Translations under genes and position numbers: made by a program
Shown here: positions 35,808 to 45,022 of the stretch, in pieces
Numbering within the stretch: position 1 is the first letter of the stretch
Layout of the letters: the number at the start of each line of letters is the position of its first letter
Notes under the pieces: model-generated
What the model was told of the DNA's origin: nothing
The model's database searches: none
The model's input: only the letters and a program-made list of their open reading frames with translations
Sequence record: PP885688.1
Length of the DNA: 64,000 nucleotides
Reading direction: 5' to 3' (one strand)

Positions 35808-36227
35808 CTAGTACTCGATGAGGTCCGACTCGACCCACCAGTTGGGTTGTGAAAATAGCTTGATTGGGCCGCCCTCGAACATGACGTAGTAACCGGCGAT
35901 GGGGTCTTTGCCGTAGTCAAGTAACCGGAGGTTCTCTTCAAGAACCACGGTGACGGGGAACTTGGGCCAGATGGCATAGACCTGTTCGAGCGTGTCCTCG
36001 GCGGCTATACGGAGCTGATCCCACAGCAGGATCGAGTTGCGCTTATCGCTGAAGAACTTCATGTAAAGCGACGGGTTGTCCTGCGGGAACATCAGCTGAT
36101 TGCCGAAGATGAGAGTGTGTGGGGGACGGTCCTGATACTGATGAACGAACTTGTGCGACGTCACCGTGATGATGGGGCGATAGCCAGCGCCTTCGTTGAT
36201 CGCGAGGATGCGTCCGCCCAGGCTCAT
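35808..36227 (-). CDS. hypothetical protein
   Basis: 139 aa in operon. Confidence 0.6.
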   Translation of the reverse strand: MSLGGRILAINEGAGYRPIITVTSHKFVHQYQDRPPHTLIFGNQLMFPQDNPSLYMKFFSDKRNSILLWDQLRIAAEDTLEQVYAIWPKFPVTVVLEENLRLLDYGKDPIAGYYVMFEGGPIKLFSQPNWWVESDLIEY

Positions 36228-36282
36228 TTAGAACCTACCCGAACGAGGATTGGATCGTTGACCGCTACTTCTCCGTTACCCT

Positions 36283-36867
36283 TCAAAACTGGATCTCCCA
36301 GTCGATGCCCATGTCGACAGCCGCAGGCAGGATGAAGCTCGGGGTCGTGATGTAGTTGATTAGGGTGACGCTGTTAGCAACTGGATTGGTGGGGTCGAAG
36401 TACGGCGCGGTGAGCATGTTCGTTGGGCCGCCATTCGCGGTCAACGTGGTGCCGCCGCCGATCAGACCCATCTCTCGGATCGGAGTCGAGATCGCGTCCG
36501 TCGTGGCATTGAGGATGGTCTGGAAGGATACGAGGGTGGTGAGGCCGGTGGTCGGCTGCTCGGTGGCATCGAGGAAGCGGACCTGTGAGAGCTGCTTGCG
36601 CTTGATCTCGGAGACCATGGCGATCTGCGTCGGCAGGGGATCCGGCTGAGTGGAGGGAGACCATCCATTCACGCCCTGGCCGCCAGCGCCGACAGCGAGG
36701 CCCCAGACACCGGCGACCGGGTCAAGGGAGTTGGCGAAGATACGGGCGGCGAGCCATGACACGCCCTCGGTGATGACATTCTTGCGCTCGTAGAGAGTGA
36801 CCGATGGCCGCTCCAGAGCATAGATACGGACGTGGCCCTTGAGGGCGAGAGCTAGACCTTCACGCAT
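36283..36867 (-). CDS. putative tail/baseplate-associated protein (tail-collar fibre-like)
   Basis: KNVIT.G, LAVG.G, IREMGLIGG..F..I.WEIQF pattern typical of myovirus tail-fibre N-terminal modules. Confidence 0.5.
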   Translation of the reverse strand: MREGLALALKGHVRIYALERPSVTLYERKNVITEGVSWLAARIFANSLDPVAGVWGLAVGAGGQGVNGWSPSTQPDPLPTQIAMVSEIKRKQLSQVRFLDATEQPTTGLTTLVSFQTILNATTDAISTPIREMGLIGGGTTLTANGGPTNMLTAPYFDPTNPVANSVTLINYITTPSFILPAAVDMGIDWEIQF

Positions 36868-37307
36868 TTGAAAATCTCCTTGACGAAACCGACCCGTGCA
36901 ACATCGGGCACATTCTTCGGGGTCAAGGAAGTCCAGCGGCTTGTGATCGTCCAGTCCGAGAAGCTATCGAACAAGGAGATATGTAGGCCGACCGGGAGCT
37001 TACGAGTGTCCCCTATCCAGAACACGGAAGTCTGTCCGCGTTCATTCGTTAGGCCGAATTGAGTGAGGAGGTTGACTGCGGGGTGTAGCAGGCTTACCGA
37101 GAGGAATCCCGGAAGAATCGAACCGGGGTAGGGCTCGACAGATACGATGTCGCGCCACACCTCTTCGCCGGTGAGTGTGTCAGTGATGTGGAGCCGGTCA
37201 CCACGGCGGTACGTCTCGCCCTGGGGATTGATGGCAACGTGGTGGCGTTTGCAGTCAACCAGCGACTTGAAGTCGTGGTAGCTGTCCTCGTAGTGGTGTA
37301 GCGACAT
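36852..37307 (-). CDS. hypothetical protein, possibly ASCH/PUA-like
   Basis: 151 aa; YRRGDRLHI pattern; class B motif at 37324. Confidence 0.55.
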   Translation of the reverse strand: MSLHHYEDSYHDFKSLVDCKRHHVAINPQGETYRRGDRLHITDTLTGEEVWRDIVSVEPYPGSILPGFLSVSLLHPAVNLLTQFGLTNERGQTSVFWIGDTRKLPVGLHISLFDSFSDWTITSRWTSLTPKNVPDVARVGFVKEIFKCVKV

Positions 37308-37334
37308 GAAAAGGCCTCATGTGCTAATACCCAT

Positions 37335-39401
37335 CTAGGAGGCTCTTGCCTGAATAAGTCGTGAACCCCAATCTGCGGGTCGTCCTTTCGGCTTCTTGGT
37401 CAGCGAGTCGTGGATCGTGACATGGAAGGCTCGCGGGGTGCTGCGGGTGCTCTGATCGCGGTAGAACTCGATGACGTCCTTCGGGGTTCCGTCGGGATCT
37501 TTGACCTCGACGATGTTGAGCTCCAGGTGGCGGACCTCGGGGGTGCGCTGCACGGTCGCGGCGGTCACAACCTTCTTATAGGTGGCGTCGGTGAAGGCCA
37601 GCGGCATCTCGAAGCTTCCTTCGTACATGCGGAGGGTCGGATCCTGGGAGCTCATGCCGGAGTCGGTGGCACTTTCGCCGGTGATGTCACGGAAGCAATC
37701 CTGTGCGAGGCCGGTGACCTCGACGATCTCGTCCTCGGTGTACTTCATGGAGAGCAGGAAGGCCGAGATATCGTCGAGCAGAGCAGAGCAGGCCTGGCGG
37801 CTGAAGCTCGAGACTTCGGCGTGCGTCAGACCGTTGATCGGGAAGGTAATTGTGAATTGGGTGAAATTGGGTATGCCTAGGTCGAGGCCGATGGTGACCT
37901 GTGGACGCGTGCCCTGCTCGATAGCAACAGTAAGCTCGGCGTTGCGTGGGGAGATGAAGGCGGTCTTCGGGGCGGTGACGGGGCGATAGGCCTGGATCGC
38001 GGTGTCACCACGCAGTCGTGCTGCACAGATGCGATGGAAACCGTCGATGACTCGACCTTTGCGGCTAACCACTACGGGCGGGAACGGTGTCTTCTCGTCT
38101 GCATACTCGCGGATCCGCTCAGCGGGAGATGGGGTATCGGCCTGGAAGCGGAACTCGAGACTCTCCATGTTTCGCGCATTCCAAAGGTCGTCGGGGTGGA
38201 GCTCGTTCAGATTGAACGTGCCCAGTTTCCACTCGGGGCACTGCGCGATCTGCCTGGCATACGATTCCTTGCCGTTGAAGCCGCTACCCTTGGTGATGCC
38301 GCGAACGTACTGGATCAGATCTTTGGAGGAGATGGTGTCTGGACCCTGCACCGCAATCTTCATCACATAGATGCCATTCTTCGCGTCTCTCTTCACTGGA
38401 TAGCGCTGCTTCAAACGTCCCCAGGCCTTCTTGGCGTCAGACGTCTGGTCGCTGCTCGACTGGAAGTACTCGGCTCCGAGCTTCTTCGCTTCCTCGATCG
38501 CCTTGTCATAGAGCAGCTGGCCGAGGCCGGTACCGCGCCAGTCATCCTCGACGTTGATGTCGTAGACCATGAGGGCGTTTGCGTCTTGGTTCTCGGGCTT
38601 GCCGACTTCGATGTAGCCGACCGTGACGCCGCCATCACGCAGACGTTCGGTGTGCGGATACATCTCGGCAGGAGCGACAGCCCAGATGACCCACAGCTCG
38701 TTCAGCGCGGGCGTACCGTCATTCACAAAGCGGAGTTGAGAGAGATCTTTCGCCGCGCCGGTCTTAGCCGCTGGCTCCTTCGGTTCACCGTACACAGCGA
38801 ACACAGGCTCGGGCTTGATACTCTTTGAAATCGTCGTATTCTCAACCGAGTCCACGAGGCCAAAGTTGATGCGTCCGTTATTCCCACCGATGTAGCTGAT
38901 GATCCAATCCCGACCGTCATAATGCAGCGGCTTGCCGACATATTGATCAGCGTAACGACGCGCGTCGCCGACCACACGGGGGTGCTCCGGTGCACGGTGC
39001 TGCCACAGTTTGAAGGCGTCGTCCGACACGGAGTGAAGCGGAACGCCCATTCCGGGGACAAGTTTCAGACCGTTGGTCCTGAGCCATGCATCCGCTGCGT
39101 CGTAGAGCTTGGTGGCAACGCCCTTGCGCTGGAACTTCGGGTCCACGGCGGCCTTGTATACGGTGCGCTCATCCTTGGGGCAGTCGTCACACTTCCACGG
39201 CCACAGTGAGATGTAGCCGATGAGACGGGTTCCAATGTAGGCCCGGAACTCATACTCACCGCCGCCTCTGCGTCCCTGGCCCTGGCGGATTTTGACCTTG
39301 TCGATGGTGAAGCCAGCAGGCACGGGCGTCTCGCTGGTGAACATCTCTTTACCAGCGGCGAGGGTTGTGATCGGGTTGAGCAGACTGGCGCGGACGGTCA
39401 T
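37335..39401 (-). CDS. polyvalent protein: two GNAT domains + ParB-like domain
   Basis: FQRKGVATKLY; WRGTGLGQLLY..QTSDAKKAW; PPVVV..VIDGFHRICAA; start MTVRASLL with AGGGG RBS. Confidence 0.7.
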   Translation of the reverse strand: MTVRASLLNPITTLAAGKEMFTSETPVPAGFTIDKVKIRQGQGRRGGGEYEFRAYIGTRLIGYISLWPWKCDDCPKDERTVYKAAVDPKFQRKGVATKLYDAADAWLRTNGLKLVPGMGVPLHSVSDDAFKLWQHRAPEHPRVVGDARRYADQYVGKPLHYDGRDWIISYIGGNNGRINFGLVDSVENTTISKSIKPEPVFAVYGEPKEPAAKTGAAKDLSQLRFVNDGTPALNELWVIWAVAPAEMYPHTERLRDGGVTVGYIEVGKPENQDANALMVYDINVEDDWRGTGLGQLLYDKAIEEAKKLGAEYFQSSSDQTSDAKKAWGRLKQRYPVKRDAKNGIYVMKIAVQGPDTISSKDLIQYVRGITKGSGFNGKESYARQIAQCPEWKLGTFNLNELHPDDLWNARNMESLEFRFQADTPSPAERIREYADEKTPFPPVVVSRKGRVIDGFHRICAARLRGDTAIQAYRPVTAPKTAFISPRNAELTVAIEQGTRPQVTIGLDLGIPNFTQFTITFPINGLTHAEVSSFSRQACSALLDDISAFLLSMKYTEDEIVEVTGLAQDCFRDITGESATDSGMSSQDPTLRMYEGSFEMPLAFTDATYKKVVTAATVQRTPEVRHLELNIVEVKDPDGTPKDVIEFYRDQSTRSTPRAFHVTIHDSLTKKPKGRPADWGSRLIQARAS

Positions 39402-39408
39402 AGTTCCC

Positions 39409-42400
39409 CTACTTACCATCCGGTAGCGAACCGGCGGCGGTATAGTCTGCGGTCTCTCCGTTGAGCCATGCGAGGAAGGCGGGGTCCGACTTAATGCCAG
39501 CAGGTGCTGCCGCCTGCTTGCGTGGCTGCAGGAGCCTCGACGTCTTTTGAGGAGCGTCTGTGTCGTGTTCCAGTTCCTGCTGCAGCTGTTCTGGTGTGGT
39601 CTTATCAAAGGAATCGCGATAGTCGTTCTTTACGGAGTTGACTACCTCGTGATACTTACCACTGATGTTCTCACTGAGCGACGGCTTGTCTTCGCTGCGC
39701 CGGTCTTCCATGTCGTCGCTCTTGTAGCCCTTCGGGAGCTGATCGATCCTCTGTGTGAAGCTGCTGGGTTGTGTCGTTGGCTGTTGTTGAGTGGGTTGCG
39801 TGTTTCCCGGATGAGCCATCATGAACGGAGCGAGGGCGAGGCCCAGCCAGTCCTTCTTTGCAGCTTCCTTGTTGGCAACGTACTCGGCCCAGTGCTGTTT
39901 GCGCTCCGCTTCAGGGTTGGTGGATGCGAGATGAGTGTTCGTGAGATCGAGGTACTTCGCAGTAAATGAGCGGCCAAGGATTGCGGCTGCGGTTGCGCGA
40001 TGGTTTCCGTCGAGCAGCCACAGGCCAGACTGCGTCTTCGCGACGATCATCGGCTCTTTGTCCGACGTTGCGTCCACCAGATCGGGGTGCGCGAGAAAGT
40101 AGTCGACGCCCTTCGCGGTCACCATGTTCTGGCTGACCTTCACCTGATCGGGACTGAACGTCTTGGTCTCTGCCTCCGCCATCAGCTTGTGTAGTGGAGT
40201 CGTGAGCGTGAAGAGCTTCATGAATGTTGGGCCGGACTCGTCAACCTTCAACCACCGCTGCTTGACCCAAGTCTTGTAGGGGGCTTCCACGTATGGCGAT
40301 GTGAGGTCCTCTTCTGTGTGCCAAACACCTGTCTTGGCTATCGCGCCAACGATCTTCACTGGTCCGATGTGTGCGGCCTTACCGCTGTCCCGTATGATCT
40401 GTTTCGAGATCTCGGGCTTCTGCTTCGCGAGGACAATCGCCAGACGCTTCAGATAGCGGAAGAACATGGTCCGCTTGATCGGAGACGCCAGATCTTGAAT
40501 CGCTTCACGGCGGTTGCCCTTCCAGTCCGGGTCTCCGCCAGAGCAGATCCAGAACATGTTGAAAACCTCGGCAAAGTAGTGGTCATTACCGTTGAGCTCT
40601 CCACCCTCAATCAGCTCGCCGAGGGAGTCTTCGTCGGGGATCAGGTGAGAGTCACCCGAGTCGACCTGAACCTGCAGCACGACACCGTCTTCCCCTGCGT
40701 AGTTCTCCGCGATCACAGGATCGGTGGTGATGTAGACCGCGTTCTCCTGGGGTGCTGGGCCTCCGCTGTTCTGTGCCTTTCCGGGGACGATCTCACCTGC
40801 AGCCTCGATCGCCGCCGCATTGGCCGCAGAGGTGCCGTGATACCACTTCTCGGCAGAGGCACTCTTGCGCGTTACGAAGTTGAATCGGTCGAGCTCTTCG
40901 CCGTTGAGCTGATCGAAGGTCTTTCCGGGCGCGACCTCTTCCAGTGCAGCCTTGAACTCTGGCGACGCCATGTATTTGCGGCCAGCTTCACGGGCCTCAT
41001 TCACTGTAAGGAATCGAGCCTTCTTGCTTGCGGTGGTGCTGTGATTCTGAGTGCTGAACTCGCCGTTATTGCCAATGGCTGACTTTGCCTGGCTCTTGTC
41101 GAAGATCTTGTACTCGACCTCACCGGAGTTCTCGCCATAGCCTTCGTGAATCGCACCGTCGAAGCCCTTCGCTTTAGCCTCCGCAATGAACTCGTTGTCT
41201 CCGAGAAGTGGGAACGCGAACATGTAGAGCTCGTGTAGACGATCCGGGGCCTCGGTCAGCATTTGCTCAACGCTATCGAACTCCTGAGACCAATCCTCCT
41301 CCCACGCACCCGTCTCGCTGATTCCGTCAGCATGCTTGAGCGCGTACTTCATGGCGACGTCCTCACCCATCTGTGTGGCGAGATCTGAGAAGTTGATGAA
41401 CGGCTCGTCGAGCGTGTTCAAGATCGGATTCTCGATGCGCAGATAGCAGGCGTAGACACGTGGTCGGGCAGGTATGTCACCCTGCTCATTCGGTGACTCT
41501 GCGTAGAGGCTGGCGGTACCGGCGTCGCCGAAGCTGATTGCTGTATCGCGAGAGTGAAACTCTTCGTTCGACTCTCCATGCTCCCCGCGATAGACGACGA
41601 GAGGATTGCCTTGGGCATCCTTGACGAGGGAGTTGCGAAACCACGCTTTGAAGGCTGGTGTGTCTGTGAGTTTCTGTGCCTGGGCCGGTGCCTCTGCGAC
41701 CGCAGCGGTAACCGCGAAAGAGTATGAGTGATTCCCTTCGTAGCCGTCGTCCTCAGCCTCAGCTGCGGTTTGGATAACGATCGGATAGTCCGTGTGGAAC
41801 TGGTCGTAGGTTGGATCCACGACAAGACCCTGTATCGTCAGCCATGTGTGGGAGACCCCGTTGTACTCCCCGGCGGTCATCGCACAGCGGTGTCCGTTCT
41901 TGGTGAGCAGGGTGTAGAGCTCCTCGGTGACGGGGATGCAGTCTCCGTCCTTCGCAGTGCGGGTTCCTATCGTGTTGTGACGTGCCTGCTGGGCGACCTC
42001 GGTGAGTTGTTCGTTTGTCAGCGGGGCGGAAGCCGTAATGCTCTTATTGTTTGGATCGAACGCGCCACTGTTGCCGATCGCAGACTTGACTTGATTAGGA
42101 TTGAAGACGATCCAGCTGTCATTCCCGGCGTCCTCGACGACGTTCTCGTAAACGATTCCGTCGTACCCCATACCCTCAAGGACCTTGAAGGCCGCGTCGT
42201 TGTCGTACTGGAGCTCCCAGAACGTGTCGCTGTCGATGATGTTCTGTTCGCGTAGGGTCATGGCGACGGAATCTTCGCCTTCCCAGCCGCGTGGGTAACG
42301 TCGCTCTCCATCCTCGTCGTCATCCGAGAGCGGCTCACCATCGTCACCGATGGAAGCAAGGTCAGGTAGACGCAGGGCATTCTTGATCGACAGGTAGACA

Positions 42401-43197
42401 GGAACGATGTTCGCGCCATGGCTGCGTGCGGGGTTCTTGATGGTGTTGTCGTAGAAGCTGGTCAGATCGGAGTGCCGATCGTTCGCGGCTTGCTGCGTCC
42501 CAAAGTGTGTGAACGCGCGGAACTCTCCGATGTCGGACTGGGTCGCGTGGTACATCACGAGTGGCTTGCCCGCCTTGTCGACTACCTCTGACCCGGCGAA
42601 CCAGGCCTTGAATGCCGGTGTCTCAGTGACCGGCATAGTGGCCGGTTTTGACTCCGCGGAATTCGCTGATTCTGGGGTGTTTACCTCAACCTCTGGCTCT
42701 GCGATGGCCGCTTGTTTGGCCGATCCTTTTCCGAGGCCCTTCTCGTCTAGAATCCCCTTGAGGTGGTCGAGGAGTTCTTCCAGCGTCTCGTATACCGGCA
42801 TACCGGCACGCTCGCAGACAATGTCCACGTTTCCCTTGCGGTAGAAGCCTTGGGGACACGCCACAGCGCCGGGCACTTCGAGGTGCGCTCCGAGTTCTTC
42901 GAAGGTGATGGGTGACTTGCTGCTCTCCTCAAAGTTGAAGATGCGGAAATCGGCGGCTTCGAGGTTGTCCTGCTCCCACTCGACCTGCTCGCGGAAGTTG
43001 GGGTCATCCTTGCTCTGCTCCCACGACGAGTCCCAGTCCGCGCGGCGCGGGTTGGTGAGCACGACGTCGTAGTCAGCAAGGGCCTCGACGACCATCTTCT
43101 GCCAGTCGCGTGACTCGCCCATGTCGATGGTGCCTGCCAAGAAGATGCTGAACCGGTCCGCCGGTACCTTGTGTGGTGCTTGGATCTCTGTCGCCAT
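39409..43197 (-). CDS. large polyvalent protein: NDT-like + two ART-PolyVal + transglutaminase-like + ART + ParB-like
   Basis: IFLAGTIDMG..W..NPRR..EWE; twice TPAFKAWF..D..G.PLV.Y..GYDG..VKSAIGN.G.F; GDC..HTW..VDPT; WYHGT..PDEDS; LLDGNHRATAA. Confidence 0.75.
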   Translation of the reverse strand: MATEIQAPHKVPADRFSIFLAGTIDMGESRDWQKMVVEALADYDVVLTNPRRADWDSSWEQSKDDPNFREQVEWEQDNLEAADFRIFNFEESSKSPITFEELGAHLEVPGAVACPQGFYRKGNVDIVCERAGMPVYETLEELLDHLKGILDEKGLGKGSAKQAAIAEPEVEVNTPESANSAESKPATMPVTETPAFKAWFAGSEVVDKAGKPLVMYHATQSDIGEFRAFTHFGTQQAANDRHSDLTSFYDNTIKNPARSHGANIVPVYLSIKNALRLPDLASIGDDGEPLSDDDEDGERRYPRGWEGEDSVAMTLREQNIIDSDTFWELQYDNDAAFKVLEGMGYDGIVYENVVEDAGNDSWIVFNPNQVKSAIGNSGAFDPNNKSITASAPLTNEQLTEVAQQARHNTIGTRTAKDGDCIPVTEELYTLLTKNGHRCAMTAGEYNGVSHTWLTIQGLVVDPTYDQFHTDYPIVIQTAAEAEDDGYEGNHSYSFAVTAAVAEAPAQAQKLTDTPAFKAWFRNSLVKDAQGNPLVVYRGEHGESNEEFHSRDTAISFGDAGTASLYAESPNEQGDIPARPRVYACYLRIENPILNTLDEPFINFSDLATQMGEDVAMKYALKHADGISETGAWEEDWSQEFDSVEQMLTEAPDRLHELYMFAFPLLGDNEFIAEAKAKGFDGAIHEGYGENSGEVEYKIFDKSQAKSAIGNNGEFSTQNHSTTASKKARFLTVNEAREAGRKYMASPEFKAALEEVAPGKTFDQLNGEELDRFNFVTRKSASAEKWYHGTSAANAAAIEAAGEIVPGKAQNSGGPAPQENAVYITTDPVIAENYAGEDGVVLQVQVDSGDSHLIPDEDSLGELIEGGELNGNDHYFAEVFNMFWICSGGDPDWKGNRREAIQDLASPIKRTMFFRYLKRLAIVLAKQKPEISKQIIRDSGKAAHIGPVKIVGAIAKTGVWHTEEDLTSPYVEAPYKTWVKQRWLKVDESGPTFMKLFTLTTPLHKLMAEAETKTFSPDQVKVSQNMVTAKGVDYFLAHPDLVDATSDKEPMIVAKTQSGLWLLDGNHRATAAAILGRSFTAKYLDLTNTHLASTNPEAERKQHWAEYVANKEAAKKDWLGLALAPFMMAHPGNTQPTQQQPTTQPSSFTQRIDQLPKGYKSDDMEDRRSEDKPSLSENISGKYHEVVNSVKNDYRDSFDKTTPEQLQQELEHDTDAPQKTSRLLQPRKQAAAPAGIKSDPAFLAWLNGETADYTAAGSLPDGK

Positions 43198-43248
43198 AAG
43201 TCCCCTACAAAGAAGCCGGTATTCCTTCGGTCGGAATAGGCCCATTTG

Positions 43249-43336
43249 CTAATACCCATCGCGAGGGGCTGAGGGCGAATATTAAAAAATTTCCCCACTT
43301 CAAATTCATCTTTGGGTCGATCTGGTTTGCAGGTTG
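43249..43336. promoter_or_regulatory. divergent control region: class B (minus) and class A (plus)
   Basis: ATATTC-N20-GGTATTAG on minus; TCATCTTT-N12-TTTGCAGGTTG at 43306-43336 on plus. Confidence 0.7.
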
Positions 43337-43341
43337 TAGAT

Positions 43342-43599
43342 ATGTCCGTCATCAAATGCACCCAGTGCCACCAGCTAGTCGACCGAGAGAATGATTCTCA
43401 CGTTGTAATTCCGAACACCGAGCACGTCGGCTACAAGCGCCACCGCCCGACCAAGTTCGTTCACGCCTCCTGCTTCGAGAAGCTCGTCATCTTCAATCAC
43501 GAGATCCGTGTTCGTGACGACGCGAAACGCGACGCCCAGCTCGCGGAGGTCATGAAGAAACTCGAAGCGAAGCAGCTGGAGAAGGCAGGTCAGGAGTGA
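43342..43599 (+). CDS. small Zn-binding hypothetical protein
   Basis: CTQC..HASC. Confidence 0.6.
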   Translation: MSVIKCTQCHQLVDRENDSHVVIPNTEHVGYKRHRPTKFVHASCFEKLVIFNHEIRVRDDAKRDAQLAEVMKKLEAKQLEKAGQE

Positions 43600-44684
43600 A
43601 CATCTCCCGACCCTCCACCCGCTACCTTGAACTCGACTCCCTTCGCGGCCTGGCCGCGATGATCGTTGTCTACCACCACTTCAGAAACATGTTCTTCTCC
43701 CAGACCGACCCCAGCAGCTTCCTACAAAACGTGCTGCTGCATCCCTTGGCTTCTGGCTTCGAGTCAGTGCGGCTGTTCTTCGTGCTAAGCGGATTTGTGC
43801 TGGCGCTCCCCTACCTATCGGGGCGGCAGAAGCCCTACCCCAAGTTCGTCCTGGGCCGCGTCGCCCGGATCTACGGCCCTTACCTGTTTGCCCTTGCCCT
43901 CGCAGTCGGCGGCGCTCTGATATGGCACGGTCAACTCACCGCCTTCGATTGGGCTCGGGGCTGCTGGAATAACCCTGTGTCGTGGAAGCTTGTGCTTCAG
44001 CACATCCTGTTTCTAGGTAACTACGATCACGCGGAGTACAACGTCGCGTTCTGGTCTCTGATCGTCGAGATGAAGGTCTCCCTCATCTTCCCGCTGCTCG
44101 TTCTATTCGTGCGCTACACCCGCGTGAGCGTTCAAGCCGCGACCGTGCTCGTCCTTGTGATTGTGTCTCAGAGACTTATGCACCCGATCCTTCATCCAGA
44201 GGACCTCAGCGCCTTCCTGATCGGCGTTATGCTGGCCAAATATCGTGGGCAGATCCAAATGCTCTGGCTGCGGAGCAGACTATGGGCGCGGGCAAGCTTC
44301 ATGCTCGCATCGCTAATCGCCTTCTTCTGCAACCTTCACCCGATCGGGTTCATGTGGCACATCGGGGCGCTCCCGATCATCCTCGGTGCTGCCGGAATCA
44401 TCGTCTTTTCCTTGAACTCCACCCGAGTACAGGGCCTGTTGAAGATGCGTGTGCCGGTCTTTCTCGGCAAGATCTCCTTCAGCCTCTACCTCGTCCACAA
44501 CACTGTGCTCTTCGCGCTCACAGCGGTCCTGCAGGGGAAACATCCTTACTTCTTCCTCCCTATCTACCTGACTGCCGCAATCGCGCTGGCCTACCTCTTC
44601 TATCTCGCGATCGAGAAGCCGTTCACTGAGCTCAGCAAGTGGGTGAGTTCGGTACGTCGGGTTGCCGTGGAGGTGGCCGCCTAA
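43596..44684 (+). CDS. acyltransferase family 3 (OafA/YrhL-like O-acyltransferase)
   Basis: LDSLRGLAA..YHH, V.LFFVLSGFVL, FWSLIVE, LGKISFSLYLVH, IEKP; multi-TM. Confidence 0.9.
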   Translation: MNISRPSTRYLELDSLRGLAAMIVVYHHFRNMFFSQTDPSSFLQNVLLHPLASGFESVRLFFVLSGFVLALPYLSGRQKPYPKFVLGRVARIYGPYLFALALAVGGALIWHGQLTAFDWARGCWNNPVSWKLVLQHILFLGNYDHAEYNVAFWSLIVEMKVSLIFPLLVLFVRYTRVSVQAATVLVLVIVSQRLMHPILHPEDLSAFLIGVMLAKYRGQIQMLWLRSRLWARASFMLASLIAFFCNLHPIGFMWHIGALPIILGAAGIIVFSLNSTRVQGLLKMRVPVFLGKISFSLYLVHNTVLFALTAVLQGKHPYFFLPIYLTAAIALAYLFYLAIEKPFTELSKWVSSVRRVAVEVAA

Positions 44685-44700
44685 AAATCTCTCACCAAAG

Positions 44701-44731
44701 TCATCTTTGAACGTTTTCGGTTTGTAGGTTG
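44701..44731 (+). promoter_or_regulatory. class A promoter motif
   Basis: TCATCTTT-N12-TTTGTAGGTTG. Confidence 0.7.
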
Positions 44732-44749
44732 AGGAAGAGGACACCACAC

Positions 44750-45001
44750 ATGGTTATGGCAGCAGTCAGCGAATTTTCGGTAGCAGAGCAGATCGAGGCA
44801 GTTCAACTTGCCAAACAGAACGGAGACTGGTTCCCCGCATGCGGCGGCACTGAGACCCCCTTCACCTCCCGCTCCGGCATCCGGATGCTGTACTGCTGGC
44901 AACCATCCACCGGCAACCACGCCTACATCAACCTCGGCACCGACATGATCATGTCGCAGGAAGAAGCCGACGCCGCCCTGATGCACCACATCAACCAGTA
45001 A
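44750..45001 (+). CDS. hypothetical protein
   Basis: ..CGGTETPF..RSG.R.LYCWQPSTG.HAY.. typical small phage protein. Confidence 0.65.
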   Translation: MVMAAVSEFSVAEQIEAVQLAKQNGDWFPACGGTETPFTSRSGIRMLYCWQPSTGNHAYINLGTDMIMSQEEADAALMHHINQ

Positions 45002-45022
45002 ATAACTTTTTCACCACCAAAT

